A DNA stretch of 64,000 bases. Origin: Longimicrobiales bacterium. GTDB lineage: Bacteria > Gemmatimonadota > Gemmatimonadetes > Longimicrobiales > Gaopeijiaceae. The notes under the pieces were generated by a model. The model was not told the DNA's origin and made no database searches. It worked only from the letters and a program-made list of their open reading frames with translations. Position numbers and translations under genes: made by a program. The stretch lies in contig OZ220732.1 in assembly GCA_965116905.1 (NCBI GenBank), forward strand, positions 3,264,001-3,328,000, read 5' to 3'. Below, piece after piece: positions 1 to 9,997 of the stretch (within the stretch, counting starts at the first letter, position 1; every line of letters starts with the position of its first letter).

Positions 1-415
1 CCGCGAGGTGGACATCCACATCCATATCCCGGAGGGGGCAACCCCGAAGGACGGCCCCTCGGCCGGGATCACGATCGCGGCGGCGCTGATCTCGGCGCTC
101 ACCGAGACGCCCACGCGCGCCGAACTCGCGATGACGGGCGAAATCACGCTCCGGGGGCGCGTGCTCCCCGTCGGCGGGATCAAGGAGAAGGCGGTGGCGG
201 CGCTCAGGGGCGGCATCCGGCGGGTCCTGCTGCCCGCGATGAACGCGATGGATGTCGAACGGCTGCCCGAGGAGGTGCAGAGCGGCGTCGAGATGGTCCC
301 GGTCGAGACGATGGACCAGGTCCTCAGAGAGGCGCTGGCAGCCGGGACGCCCCGGCGGCAGGCCCGCGACGACAAGGTGTCCGGCGCGCATGAGCTGGGT
401 GCGCAGGTTTCGTGA
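1..415 (+). CDS. lon: ATP-dependent Lon protease, C-terminal proteolytic domain (5' partial)
   Basis: [19 protein letters not shown] catalytic-Ser motif, [20 protein letters not shown]; frame open from the window edge. Confidence 0.96.
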   Translation, partial: REVDIHIHIPEGATPKDGPSAGITIAAALISALTETPTRAELAMTGEITLRGRVLPVGGIKEKAVAALRGGIRRVLLPAMNAMDVERLPEEVQSGVEMVPVETMDQVLREALAAGTPRRQARDDKVSGAHELGAQVS

Positions 416-425
416 GGGCAGCGCC

Positions 426-1034
426 GTGGTTGTCCGCACTGTCGAGTTCGCCGGATCGGTGGTCGCGCCGGGGCAGCCCCACCCGGGAGCGCTGCCCCAG
501 GTCGCCTTTGCAGGGCGGTCCAACGTCGGCAAGTCGTCGCTGATCAACCGCGTACTGGGGCGGCCCAGGCGCAAGGTCGCCCGTGTGTCGGCCTCGCCGG
601 GAAAGACCCAGGCGCTCAACTTCTACGAGGTCAACGGGGCGTTCTTTCTGGTGGACCTGCCGGGGTCGGGGTACGCCAGGGCGCCCAGGGCCGTGCGGGA
701 CTCGTGGCGGACGCTGGTTCGGAGCTACCTTGCGGGGTGCGAGGCACTGCGCGGGGTGGTATACCTGGTGGACTCCCGTCATCCGCCGACCGCGGGGGAC
801 CTGGAGTTCGTCGACTACCTCGCCGAGACGGGGCTGCCAACCCTGATTGCGCTCACAAAGGTCGACAAGCTCAGGGCCACGGAGCGCGAGCGCGAGAGCG
901 GCGTTGCGCGGCGTGTGACGGACCTCCTCGGGATCGCGGAGGAGCAGGTGCTGTCGACTTCCGCGCGCACCGGGGAGGGCGCCCCGGAAGTGCTCGACGC
1001 CATCGCGGCGCTGCTGGAACTGGAGGAGGAGTAA
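426..1034 (+). CDS. engB: Ribosome biogenesis GTP-binding protein YihA/YsxC
   Basis: GRSNVGKSS (G1), PGKT, DLPG (G3), TKVD (G4); follows lon as is common; GTG start at 426 inferred. Confidence 0.93.
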   Translation: MVVRTVEFAGSVVAPGQPHPGALPQVAFAGRSNVGKSSLINRVLGRPRRKVARVSASPGKTQALNFYEVNGAFFLVDLPGSGYARAPRAVRDSWRTLVRSYLAGCEALRGVVYLVDSRHPPTAGDLEFVDYLAETGLPTLIALTKVDKLRATERERESGVARRVTDLLGIAEEQVLSTSARTGEGAPEVLDAIAALLELEEE

Positions 1035-1661
1035 ATGGAAAGGGACCCTGGCCGGATGCTGTGGACCGTGAGCCTGGCGGCGGCCGCGGCCGCGGCGTGC
1101 GCTCCCGCGCCGCCGCCGGGCGGAGCTAGAGTGCCGGCGGACGTTTCCCGGCGCACCGCCCCCGAGGCTGCGCTGCCCGCCGGATCGCTCCGGCAGGACC
1201 AGATCTCGGTGCAACTGGTTTCCGGGGCGCTGCGGATCGAGGTTACGCCGCTGGCGGCATGGGTGCTCGAGGCCGCGGCGCCCGACACACGCGACCGGCT
1301 CCGGCGAATCGCGGAGGCGCACGGGGAAGCGATGGGCCGCGGGGGAAGCGACGGCGCGCCTTCCCTTTTCCTCGTGTCCTTTTCGAGCGCGCAACCCGGA
1401 ACCGAGTTCCACCCGGACGATCTTCACCTGATGTCGCGGGGACTCAGGGAGCGCCCCGCCGCCATACGGGCGATTACGCCGGGTTGGGGCGGGCAGCGAC
1501 TCGAGCAGCAGTCCACCGCGACGGCGGTCTACGCGTTCGGAGGAGAGCTGGATCTCGCCCGCGAACTCACCGTGGTGTACCGCGAGGCCGAAGACTCGTC
1601 CTGGGCCGGCAAGGTGGCGATCATCGAGGCGGAGCGGGGAAGGATACCGAGCAGTCCCTGA
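1035..1661 (+). CDS. Hypothetical lipoprotein
   Basis: GGAGGAG RBS, abuts engB stop; hydrophobic N-terminus ending AAAAC (lipobox-like). Confidence 0.7.
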   Translation: MERDPGRMLWTVSLAAAAAAACAPAPPPGGARVPADVSRRTAPEAALPAGSLRQDQISVQLVSGALRIEVTPLAAWVLEAAAPDTRDRLRRIAEAHGEAMGRGGSDGAPSLFLVSFSSAQPGTEFHPDDLHLMSRGLRERPAAIRAITPGWGGQRLEQQSTATAVYAFGGELDLARELTVVYREAEDSSWAGKVAIIEAERGRIPSSP

Positions 1662-1709
1662 GCGAATCCCCCGGCATCCGGGGCGGCGAAGCATCCGGGA
1701 CGGCCGGCG

Positions 1710-3413
1710 TCAGACCTCTTCCCCGCTCTCCTGCAGGCCGTACTTCCTGACCTTGCGGTAGAGGGTGCGCTCCCCGATCCCGAGTATCTCGGCGGCCTGG
1801 CGCCGGTTCCACTCGACCGACTCGAGCACCGTCACGATGACCTCCCGCTCCATGTCGTCCAGGGTCATGCCGGGACGATAGGCGACGGCGCCCATGTCGC
1901 CGGCGACCTCGGGCGGCTGATCCGAGGGCTCGGTGGCGGCACCTGCCCCGGTGGGGGCGTCCGCTTCCGCAAGGATCTCCGTGTCCGCTTCCGCAAGGAT
2001 CTCCACGTCCGCATGGGGCAGCTCGCCGTCCCCCGTGCCGGTCTGCACCCGCTCATCGCCGGCGGGCTCGTCCCGGCCGGACGCGACGGCTCTCGCCGGT
2101 CGCTCGTAGACGATCTCGGCCGAAGGTTCGCCACCGTGCTCTTCGACCTGGAATGCCTCGAATTCGCGCCGGAGGTCCTCGATATCGACCTTCATCTCCA
2201 TCATCGTGCGGAAGATGAATTCGAGTTGGGGCCGGAGCGATTCGGCGCTGCCGTCACCACGCCGGGCGGGGCCGGGGCGGGTGGGCACCAGGGCGAGCGT
2301 CCCGTCCCCGGAGCGCACGTCGTCGGGAATGTCCTCGGCGCGGATCCGGCGACCCGGCGCGAGGACCACCATGCTCTCGATCAGGTTGCGCAACTCGCGC
2401 ACGTTTCCGGGCCACCGATGGCGGATCAGGATGTCCATCGCGTCGCTGGAGATCCCGCGGAAGGGACCGCGATCGTGGCGCTCCCCGGCTTCACGAATGA
2501 ATGCGTCCACAAGAAGCGGGATATCGTCCCGGCGGTGTCGAAGCGGTGGCAGGGCGATGGTCAGAACGTTGAGGCGATAGTAGAGGTCTTTTCGGAAATC
2601 TCCTGACACCACAAGGTGTTGCAGATGCTGGTTCGTCGCGGCCAGTATGCGGACATTCACGCGAATCAGCTTCTGGCCACCGACCCTGTGGAACTCCTGC
2701 TGCTCCAGCACACGGAGGAGCTTCGTCTGCGTCTGAGGCGGCATCTCCCCGATTTCGTCGAGGAAGATGGTGCCGCCGTTGGCCAGCTCGAACAGTCCCC
2801 GGCGCGAGTCGATCGCCCCGGTGAACGCTCCCTTCTCGTGGCCGAAGAGCTCGCTTTCGAGGAGGGTCTCGGAAAGCGCCGCGACGTTGACCGGGATGAA
2901 GCTCTTGTGGCGGCGGCGCGACAGAGCATGGATCCCCCGGGCCACCAGCTCCTTGCCGGTGCCCGACTCGCCCGTCACGAGGACCGTGGCGTGGACGGGG
3001 GCGATCTGGACGACGCGTTCGAGCACCTCCATCATTGCGTCGGTCTCACCCACGATCCCGGTCGCCCGCCGGAGCCGCTTGCGTTCGATCGCCCTCGTGC
3101 CAACCAGGACGATCTCCTCCGGGTCGGCCGGACGCGCGAATGCGAGGGTGATATCGGCCGAAGGCGTCGCCGCCCGCCCGGCCCCGACCACCGCCAGGAC
3201 AGGGACCCCCCGCTCCGTCGCCTGGCCGGCCTGTCGCTTGCCCGAGTCCGCATCGGCGCCCCCGGTGAACACGAGCAGAACCGGCTCTTCGACACTGGCG
3301 ACATCCTCGCCGGCGGTGAACAGCTCAACGCGGTAGCCGGCGTGGCGGAACCCGGCACGCAGCTCTCCGGCGAGCGGCAGGTCGTGCGTCGTGACGAGGA
3401 CGGTTTCGGCCAT
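1710..3413 (-). CDS. Sigma-54-dependent transcriptional activator (NtrC/Fis family) with degenerate N-terminal receiver-like domain
   Basis: GESGTGKE Walker A, ESELFGHEKGAFTGA, FLDEIGE, WPGNVREL, C-terminal Fis HTH (NRRQAAEILGIGERTLYRK). Confidence 0.93.
   Translation of the reverse strand: MAETVLVTTHDLPLAGELRAGFRHAGYRVELFTAGEDVASVEEPVLLVFTGGADADSGKRQAGQATERGVPVLAVVGAGRAATPSADITLAFARPADPEEIVLVGTRAIERKRLRRATGIVGETDAMMEVLERVVQIAPVHATVLVTGESGTGKELVARGIHALSRRRHKSFIPVNVAALSETLLESELFGHEKGAFTGAIDSRRGLFELANGGTIFLDEIGEMPPQTQTKLLRVLEQQEFHRVGGQKLIRVNVRILAATNQHLQHLVVSGDFRKDLYYRLNVLTIALPPLRHRRDDIPLLVDAFIREAGERHDRGPFRGISSDAMDILIRHRWPGNVRELRNLIESMVVLAPGRRIRAEDIPDDVRSGDGTLALVPTRPGPARRGDGSAESLRPQLEFIFRTMMEMKVDIEDLRREFEAFQVEEHGGEPSAEIVYERPARAVASGRDEPAGDERVQTGTGDGELPHADVEILAEADTEILAEADAPTGAGAATEPSDQPPEVAGDMGAVAYRPGMTLDDMEREVIVTVLESVEWNRRQAAEILGIGERTLYRKVRKYGLQESGEEV
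1959..2004. repeat. In-frame direct repeat, 24-bp period (EILAEAD x2), in the activator linker
   Basis: GTCCGCTTCCGCAAGGATCTCC at 1959-1980 and 1983-2004. Confidence 0.9.
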
Positions 3414-3416
3414 GCG

Positions 3417-4526
3417 TTATCTCTTGATGGAACCCTCGGTGTAGAAGGGTGGCCGCTGGGTGCATCCCGCGATGACCCGGTTGCGGATCCTCACCCCGAC
3501 CTCGGTGCCGGGGCGCGCCGCGCCTACTGGAAGATACCCCAGCGCGACTCCATACCCGAGGGAGGGACTGGCGACGCCGGATGTGACCGTTCCCACCTCC
3601 TCCGCGTCGTGGACGAGCGCATAGCCAGGGCGTGGAAAGCCCCGTTGCGTCAGCCGGATTCCCGTGAGGCGGCGAGTCACACCGCTCTCCTTCTGGGCGG
3701 CCAGCGCTGCGCGTCCAATGAAGTCGCCGGCGTCGAGCTTCACGATCCAGGCCAGGCCGGACTCGAGCGCGGTGTGTTCCTCGTCGAGGTCGTTGCCGTA
3801 CAGCGCGTACCCCATCTCCAGACGCAGCGAATCCCGCGCGCCCAGGCCGGCCGCAGTCAATCCGTGCGGCTCACCCGCCTCCGTCACCGCGCGCCATGTG
3901 TCGACCGCGGCGTCGGCCGGCAGGTACAGTTCGAATCCATCCTCTCCCGTGTAGCCGGTTCTGCTCACCAGCGCTTTCACGCCCGCAACGTCGCCCTCGG
4001 CGAAGCGATAGTAGCCCACGCGGCCGAGGTCGACGCCCGTCAGGGGGGTCAGGATGGCTTCGCTCGCGGGACCCTGCAGTGCGATCAGGGCAATGTCGTC
4101 CGAGTCGTCGGCAAGCTCGACGTCGAAGTCCGCCGCGTGCGCGCTGATCCAGCGCCAGTCCTTCTCCCGGTTGCTCGCGTTGACGACCAGCACGATGCGG
4201 TCGTGGAAACGGTAGACCAGGAGGTCGTCGAGGATCGTGCCGCGTTCGTTGCAGAGGGCCGAGTACTGCGCCTGACCCGCGGCGGCCCGTGACACGTCGT
4301 TGACGGTCAGGTACTGGACGAAGTCGGCGGACTGGGGCCCGCGGACGGTGAATTCGCCCATATGGGACACGTCGAAGAGGCCCGCTGCCGTGCGGACCGC
4401 CGTGTGCTCGGCGCGGATGCCGCCAGGATACTGTACCGGCATGGCGTAGCCGGCGAACGGGACCATCTTGCCGCCCAGCTCGGTGTGGACATCGTGGAGC
4501 GGCGTCTTTCTCAGGCTGGCGTTCAT
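3417..4526 (-). CDS. gcvT: Glycine cleavage system aminomethyltransferase T
   Basis: KTPLHD, GKMVPFAGYAMPVQY, GLFDVSHMGE, SRTGYTGEDGFE, GLGARDSLRLEMG. Confidence 0.96.
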   Translation of the reverse strand: MNASLRKTPLHDVHTELGGKMVPFAGYAMPVQYPGGIRAEHTAVRTAAGLFDVSHMGEFTVRGPQSADFVQYLTVNDVSRAAAGQAQYSALCNERGTILDDLLVYRFHDRIVLVVNASNREKDWRWISAHAADFDVELADDSDDIALIALQGPASEAILTPLTGVDLGRVGYYRFAEGDVAGVKALVSRTGYTGEDGFELYLPADAAVDTWRAVTEAGEPHGLTAAGLGARDSLRLEMGYALYGNDLDEEHTALESGLAWIVKLDAGDFIGRAALAAQKESGVTRRLTGIRLTQRGFPRPGYALVHDAEEVGTVTSGVASPSLGYGVALGYLPVGAARPGTEVGVRIRNRVIAGCTQRPPFYTEGSIKR

Positions 4527-4551
4527 GGTAGCAACCGAAGCGTTCGTGTGG

Positions 4552-5457
4552 TCAGATCAGGTCCAGCAGGAGGGCCTTGATGAAATGCAGGCGGTTTTCG
4601 GCCTCGCGGAATATGCGGGAACGCGGCCCGTCGATCACCCCGGCGGTCACTTCCTCACCCCGGTGCGCGGGAAGACAGTGGAGGAAGATCGCCGAGGGGT
4701 CGGCCCGGCCCATGAGCGGCTCGTCCACCTGAAAGCCCGCGAAGGCCTTCTCCCTGGTGCTCTGTTCGTCCTCCTGCCCCATCGAGGCCCAAACGTCCGT
4801 CGTCACCACATGTGCACCGACAACCGCATCGGCCGGCGAACCGAGCACCTCCACGTCGGTGCCGGCACGGGCTCTGGCCAGGATCGCCGGGTCGGGACCG
4901 TAGTCTTCGGGGCACGCGAGCCGCAGGCTGAACCCGAAGCGAAGCGCGGCGTTGAGCCAGGAGTTCGCCATGTTGTTGCCGTCGCCCACCCACGCGACGC
5001 GGAGCGCGGACAGGTCGCTTCCAAACTCCTCGGCGGCCGTGAAGAGATCGGCCATCACCTGACATGGGTGCAGAAGGTCGGTCAGGCCGTTGATCACGGG
5101 CACGGTCGCCTCGCGCGCCAGCTCGGTCACCTCGTCCTGCGCGAACGTTCGGATCAGGATCGCGTCGACGTACCGGCTCAGGACGCCGGCGGTATCGGCC
5201 ACGCTTTCGCCGCGCCCGATCTGGGAGTCCTGGTCGGAGATCATGATCGCGTGGCCTCCGAGCTGCGCCATGCCCGCCTCGGTGCTCACGCGCGTCCGCG
5301 TCGAACTCTTGCGAAAGATCATCGCCAGGGTGCGGCCCTGGAGGGGGCGGCCGGCCAGCTCACCGCGCTTGAGCCGTTCCGTCAATTTCAGGAGGTGATG
5401 GAGATACCCGGCATCGTGTGCGGCGATGTCGAGGAAGTCGCGCTTCGGGGCGGCCAT
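4552..5457 (-). CDS. argF: Ornithine carbamoyltransferase
   Basis: SSTRT carbamoyl-phosphate motif, HPCQ, DVWASMG, FLHCLP. Confidence 0.96.
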   Translation of the reverse strand: MAAPKRDFLDIAAHDAGYLHHLLKLTERLKRGELAGRPLQGRTLAMIFRKSSTRTRVSTEAGMAQLGGHAIMISDQDSQIGRGESVADTAGVLSRYVDAILIRTFAQDEVTELAREATVPVINGLTDLLHPCQVMADLFTAAEEFGSDLSALRVAWVGDGNNMANSWLNAALRFGFSLRLACPEDYGPDPAILARARAGTDVEVLGSPADAVVGAHVVTTDVWASMGQEDEQSTREKAFAGFQVDEPLMGRADPSAIFLHCLPAHRGEEVTAGVIDGPRSRIFREAENRLHFIKALLLDLI

Positions 5458-5478
5458 GGGTCTGATCGCTTCAGCGCG

Positions 5479-7020
5479 TCAGAGGATGTAGCGGCTGAGG
5501 TCGTCATCGGAGGCGATGCGATCCAGCCGTTTCCTGACGAACGCCTCGGTCACCACGACCGTCTCGCCGCGCTGTTCATCGGGGAGGTCGAAGAGCAGCT
5601 CCTCCAACAGCGTGGTGAGAACGGTGCGGAGCCGGCGGGCGCCGATATTCTCCATGCGATCGTTGAGATCCGCCGCGATCCGGGAGATCTCTTCGATCCC
5701 GTCGTCCGTGAACTCGACCGACGCACCCTCCGTCTCGACCAGCGCGCTGTATTGGCGGACCAGTGCGTTGCGGGGCTCGCGCAGGATCCGCGCGAATTCG
5801 GCGGCGCCCAGGTTCTGGAGTTCCACCCGGATCGGGAAACGGCCCTGCAGCTCGGGGATGAGGTCGGACGGCTTCGCCACGTGGAAGGCCCCGGCAGCGA
5901 TGAAGAGCATGTGATCGGTGCGGACGAAGCCGTACTTGGTCTGAACGTTGCAGCCCTCCACGATCGGGAGCAGGTCTCGCTGGACCCCCTCCCGGCTCAC
6001 GTCGGGACCCGTGCCGGCGCGCTTGCCCGCGACCTTGTCGATCTCGTCGAGGAAGATGATCCCGATTTCCTCGGCGCGATCCAGCGCCTCGTTCACCACC
6101 TCGTCCATGTCCACCAGGCGATCCAGCTCCTCCTGGAGCAGCACGCGCCTCGCCTCGCCGATGGTCACCGTGCGGCGCTTCGACCGCTTCGGCAACATGT
6201 CCTGGAGCATTTCCGTGAACTGGAGATCCATGCCCTCCATCCCGCCCACCGGGAACATCATCCCGCCCATGGGCGAGTTCTGCTGGACGTCCAGCTCGAC
6301 CGTACGATCTTCCAGGTGGCCCTCGCGAAGCAGTTTGCGCAGCTTCTCCCTCGTTCGGGCCCGCCGTTCGGCGATCGACGCGTCGCCGTTGGGGTCGGCC
6401 CCACGGGCGCGCGATGTGCCACCCGGCCCCGCGACGAAGACCTTGCCGGGAGACTGCGGACCGGCCGCGGGCCGCGCCGGCTTCGAGTCGTCGGCCCGGC
6501 CCTGCGCCGAGGGTGCCGAGGGCACGGCCGAATCGGGGAGGAGGAGGTCGAGCAGCCGCTCTTCCACCAACCGCTCGGCCTCGGCCTCGACTTCGTCTTC
6601 GCGGCTCGCCCTGACCATTGCCACGGCCGTGTCGACCAGGTCGCGGACCATGGACTCGACGTCCCGGCCCACATAGCCGACTTCGGTGAACTTGGAGGCC
6701 TCGACCTTGACGAACGGCGAGCCTGCCAGCCTGGCGAGGCGCCGTGCGATTTCGGTCTTCCCCACCCCGGTAGGCCCGATCATGATGAGGTTGTTCGGCA
6801 GGATTTCCTCGCGCAACTCGTCTTCCACCTGCTGCCGCCGCCAGCGATTGCGGAGCGCGATGGCAACCGCCTTCTTCGCCTCGTCCTGGCCGATGATGTA
6901 CTTGTCGAGTTCGGCTACGACCTCACGGGGCGTGAGCTGATCGAGCCAGCGGGGGCCCTCCTCCTGCGACGCCTGCTCGACGGGCGCGGAAGTGTCGGCG
7001 GAAGCGGTTGCTGATGTCAT
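5479..7020 (-). CDS. hslU: ATP-dependent protease ATPase subunit HslU
   Basis: [46 protein letters not shown]. Confidence 0.97.
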   Translation of the reverse strand: MTSATASADTSAPVEQASQEEGPRWLDQLTPREVVAELDKYIIGQDEAKKAVAIALRNRWRRQQVEDELREEILPNNLIMIGPTGVGKTEIARRLARLAGSPFVKVEASKFTEVGYVGRDVESMVRDLVDTAVAMVRASREDEVEAEAERLVEERLLDLLLPDSAVPSAPSAQGRADDSKPARPAAGPQSPGKVFVAGPGGTSRARGADPNGDASIAERRARTREKLRKLLREGHLEDRTVELDVQQNSPMGGMMFPVGGMEGMDLQFTEMLQDMLPKRSKRRTVTIGEARRVLLQEELDRLVDMDEVVNEALDRAEEIGIIFLDEIDKVAGKRAGTGPDVSREGVQRDLLPIVEGCNVQTKYGFVRTDHMLFIAAGAFHVAKPSDLIPELQGRFPIRVELQNLGAAEFARILREPRNALVRQYSALVETEGASVEFTDDGIEEISRIAADLNDRMENIGARRLRTVLTTLLEELLFDLPDEQRGETVVVTEAFVRKRLDRIASDDDLSRYIL

Positions 7021-7586
7021 GCTGGGTCCAGTTCCAGGACGGTAATCTCGCGATTCGTGTACACGCAGATGTCGGCGGCGATCTCCAGCGCGCGGCGGGC
7101 GATCCCGGCGGCCTCCATGTCGGAGCTATCGAGGAGAGCGCGGGCGGCGGCCAGCGCATACGCGCCCCCCGAGCCGATGGCGAGCACCGGCTTGTCGGGC
7201 TCGATGACGTTGCCGTCACCGCCCACCAGGAAAAGGTGGTCCCGGTCGGCGACCGCGAGGAGGGCCTCGAGGCGGCGGAGGTAGCGGTCGGTCCGCCATT
7301 CCTTGGCCAGCTCGACACACGCCCTCGGCAGGTTCGACGGCCATCGTTCCAGCTTGCCCTCCAGCTTCGCGAACAGGGTGAAGGCGTCGGCCACCGCCCC
7401 CGCGAAGCCTGCGAGCACGCGCCCCTCCTTCAGCAGCCTGACCTTGCGCGCTTCTCCCTTGACCACGGTGTCTCCCATTGTCACCTGCCCGTCACCCGCC
7501 ATGGCGACACGGCCGCCGCGGGCCACCGCGATCACGGTGGTAGCGTGGACGGAGGCACCCGGGACAAGCGATGACGCGGGCTTCAT
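7017..7586 (-). CDS. hslV: ATP-dependent protease subunit HslV
   Basis: HATTVIAV (Thr nucleophile after short propeptide), [25 protein letters not shown] overlap with hslU. Confidence 0.96.
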   Translation of the reverse strand: MKPASSLVPGASVHATTVIAVARGGRVAMAGDGQVTMGDTVVKGEARKVRLLKEGRVLAGFAGAVADAFTLFAKLEGKLERWPSNLPRACVELAKEWRTDRYLRRLEALLAVADRDHLFLVGGDGNVIEPDKPVLAIGSGGAYALAAARALLDSSDMEAAGIARRALEIAADICVYTNREITVLELDPA

Positions 7587-7691
7587 TCGCAGGGGGCTCC
7601 AGGATGGTCGGGCGTTGCGGTTCGAGCGCAGCGGACGCGGAGGCTCAACGGCAGCACGAGGGGGTGTAGCCTTAAAAGCTAGGTACGGTCA

Positions 7692-7745
7692 TCCACGGCC
7701 GGAAGTCCACGGCCGGAATCCGCGACCGAAATCCACGGCCGGAAG
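7692..7745. repeat. Four tandem ~13-14 bp units (TCCACGGCCGGAA) between xerC and hslV
   Basis: TCCACGGCCGGAAG / TCCACGGCCGGAA / TCCGCGACCGAAA / TCCACGGCCGGAAG. Confidence 0.85.
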
Positions 7746-7756
7746 TGCTCGGCCTG

Positions 7757-8662
7757 CTAGGCTCGTGGATGCGCACCCTTGTAGACGCGCCGGAGCCGCT
7801 CCTTCGAGGTGTGGGCATAGATCTGGGTGGTGCTCAGTGACGCGTGGCCCAGCAACTCCTTGACCGCCATGAGATCGGCGCCCGCGTCGAGGAGGTGGGT
7901 GGCAAAGCTGTGGCGGAGCGAATGGACGGACAGGCCCGAGGCGTCGGCAAAGGCCGCGAGGACCTGTCGAACGTATCGCTGGATCTGCCTGTTGGACAGG
8001 CGGCGGCCGTGACGCCCCACCAGCAGGGCCCTGGAGTCGCTCCGCGCCACCTCTGCACGGCGGGGGAGGTAGCCGGCCACGGCGCGCGCGGCTGAGTCCG
8101 TGACCGGCACGATACGTTCCTTCCGGCCCTTCCCGAACACGCGCATCTGACCCCGCGCAAGATCGAGGGACCGGAGGTTTAGCGCACTCAGCTCCGCGAG
8201 GCGGATCCCGCTGCCGTACAGCAGTTCGAGAATGACCAGTAGACGGGTCTCGACCAGACCGTTCTCCTCGGCCGCCCGTACCTCCGCCCAGCGAAAGAGC
8301 TCGGACATCTCCTCGGTTCGCACGTGGGCGGGCAGCGTACGGTCGAGCTTCGGGCCGCGGACGGGGCGGGCCGGGTTCGACGGGATCTCCCCCTCCCGAT
8401 GCAGGTAGCGAAACAGTCCCCGCACCGCCGACAGCTTGCGGGCGACCGTGCGGGGCGCCAGCCCGCGGCGTCCCGCGTCGCCCAGGAAGGCACGAATGAC
8501 GCTCCGGTCGATGTCGTCCCACCTGAAGTCGTCGCGACCCAGGTGGCGGCCGGCGAAGGCCTCGAGATCGCCGAGGTCCCGGCGATAGGCCGCGACCGTG
8601 TGGGCAGACAGATTGCGAGCGACCTCCAGGTGTTCGAGGAAGCGCACGGTCTCCCGCCTCAT
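7757..8662 (-). CDS. xerC: Tyrosine recombinase XerC
   Basis: GIRLAEL, GKGRKER, HSLRHSFATH, LLGHASLSTTQIY; topA-trmFO-xerC-hslVU context; ATG 8662 overlaps trmFO stop. Confidence 0.92.
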   Translation of the reverse strand: MRRETVRFLEHLEVARNLSAHTVAAYRRDLGDLEAFAGRHLGRDDFRWDDIDRSVIRAFLGDAGRRGLAPRTVARKLSAVRGLFRYLHREGEIPSNPARPVRGPKLDRTLPAHVRTEEMSELFRWAEVRAAEENGLVETRLLVILELLYGSGIRLAELSALNLRSLDLARGQMRVFGKGRKERIVPVTDSAARAVAGYLPRRAEVARSDSRALLVGRHGRRLSNRQIQRYVRQVLAAFADASGLSVHSLRHSFATHLLDAGADLMAVKELLGHASLSTTQIYAHTSKERLRRVYKGAHPRA

Positions 8663-9987
8663 GCCACTGCCGCTCTCCCGGGTGCCGCACCTGTTTCCGC
8701 GACCCAGCGCCGAAAGCATCGATCCGCGCGCTCCGCCAGCGCCTCCCGGCGCGCCGCCTTCGTCCGCGGGGCGTCCGGAAGGGGATCTACCAGTCCCCAG
8801 TTCGAATTCATTGGCTGAAAGTCCGTCGGATCCGCGTCCCTCAGGTAGCGGTAGAGGCCTCCAAGCATGGTCTGCGGGGGCGGGACGACCGGATCCGCTC
8901 CGCTGAGCACGCGATCCAGGTTCACGGCCGCCAGGATTCCGGAAGCGGCGGACTCGGTGTACCCCTCCACGCCCGTCAGCTGGCCCGCGAAGAACAGGTC
9001 CGGGCGGCTGCGCGACGATCCGCCGGGGTCAAGGCACGCCGGAAAGTTCAGATAGGTGTTGCGGTGGATGGATCCCCAGCGCAGGAACTCGGCGTCCCCG
9101 AGCCCGGGAATCATGGTGAAGACGCGCCGCTGTTCCCCGGTCCGCAACCGGGTCTGGAAACCGACCAGGTTCCACATCTGACCAGCGCGATCTTCCCGTC
9201 GCAACTGCACAACCGCGTGGGGGCGCCGACCGGTACGTGGATCCGCCAGCCCGACCGGCTTCATGGGGCCGAAACGGAGGGTGTCGTGGCCACGCGCGGC
9301 CATGACCTCGATGGGCAGACACCCCTCGAAGTACGGAACCCTGTCCCAGTCGTGACCCTCGTACACGTCGGCGCAGCGCAGCGCCTTGAGAAAAGCGTCG
9401 TACTCGGACTCGTTCATGGGGCAATTCAGGTAGTCGGCGTCCTGGCCGTACCGCCCCGCCGCAAACGCTACCCCGCGGTCCACCGAATCGGCGTGGACGA
9501 TCGGGGCGATGGCATCGTAGAAGGCCAGTCCGCCCTCACCCAGTTCGGCGGCGATGCTGGCCGCCATGTCCGCCGACGTGAGGGGACCGGTCGCGACGAC
9601 CGTGGGCCCCTCCGGAATCCTCCGTGCCTCTTCGCGCTCGATCCTGATGCCGGCGTGCCCTGCGACGCGACTCGTGAGAGCCCGGGCAAACAGCCTCCGA
9701 TCCACCGCCAGAGCGGCTCCCGCCGGCACCCTGCTCTCCTCGGCGGCCGCAAGAAGCGCCGATTCCAGGCACCTCATCTCGCGTTTCAGCTGACCATGTG
9801 CGGTAGTGGGGCGCTCGTTCTTGAAGGAGTTGGTGCAAACCAGTTCGCCGAGATCCCCGGTCTGATGTGCGGGAGTCGTCCTGTTCGGCCGCATCTCGAC
9901 GAGCCGCACGGACCGGCCCCGCCTCGCCAGCGCCAACGCGGCCTCGCATCCCGCGAGACCTCCGCCGACCACGGTGACAACGCTCAT
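8659..9987 (-). CDS. trmFO: Folate/FAD-dependent tRNA (uracil-5-)-methyltransferase TrmFO
   Basis: VVGGGLAGCEAA, ELVCTNS, YFEGCLPIE, GPMKPVGL, AGQLTGVEGYTES. Confidence 0.95.
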   Translation of the reverse strand: MSVVTVVGGGLAGCEAALALARRGRSVRLVEMRPNRTTPAHQTGDLGELVCTNSFKNERPTTAHGQLKREMRCLESALLAAAEESRVPAGAALAVDRRLFARALTSRVAGHAGIRIEREEARRIPEGPTVVATGPLTSADMAASIAAELGEGGLAFYDAIAPIVHADSVDRGVAFAAGRYGQDADYLNCPMNESEYDAFLKALRCADVYEGHDWDRVPYFEGCLPIEVMAARGHDTLRFGPMKPVGLADPRTGRRPHAVVQLRREDRAGQMWNLVGFQTRLRTGEQRRVFTMIPGLGDAEFLRWGSIHRNTYLNFPACLDPGGSSRSRPDLFFAGQLTGVEGYTESAASGILAAVNLDRVLSGADPVVPPPQTMLGGLYRYLRDADPTDFQPMNSNWGLVDPLPDAPRTKAARREALAERADRCFRRWVAETGAAPGRAAVA

Positions 9988-9997
9988 CCGAGCCCGC

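Noticed and set aside
4468..7014. Long antisense/alternate-frame ORFs (e.g. 4468-7014 +, 2616-4292 +, 54371-56854 +, 58870-60768 -)
   Set aside because: Shadow ORFs opposite well-supported genes, expected at high GC; no recognisable motifs.
7757..8662. Phage or island integrase
   Set aside because: About 300 aa, XerC-type motifs and housekeeping topA-trmFO-hslVU context; no att sites or cargo.
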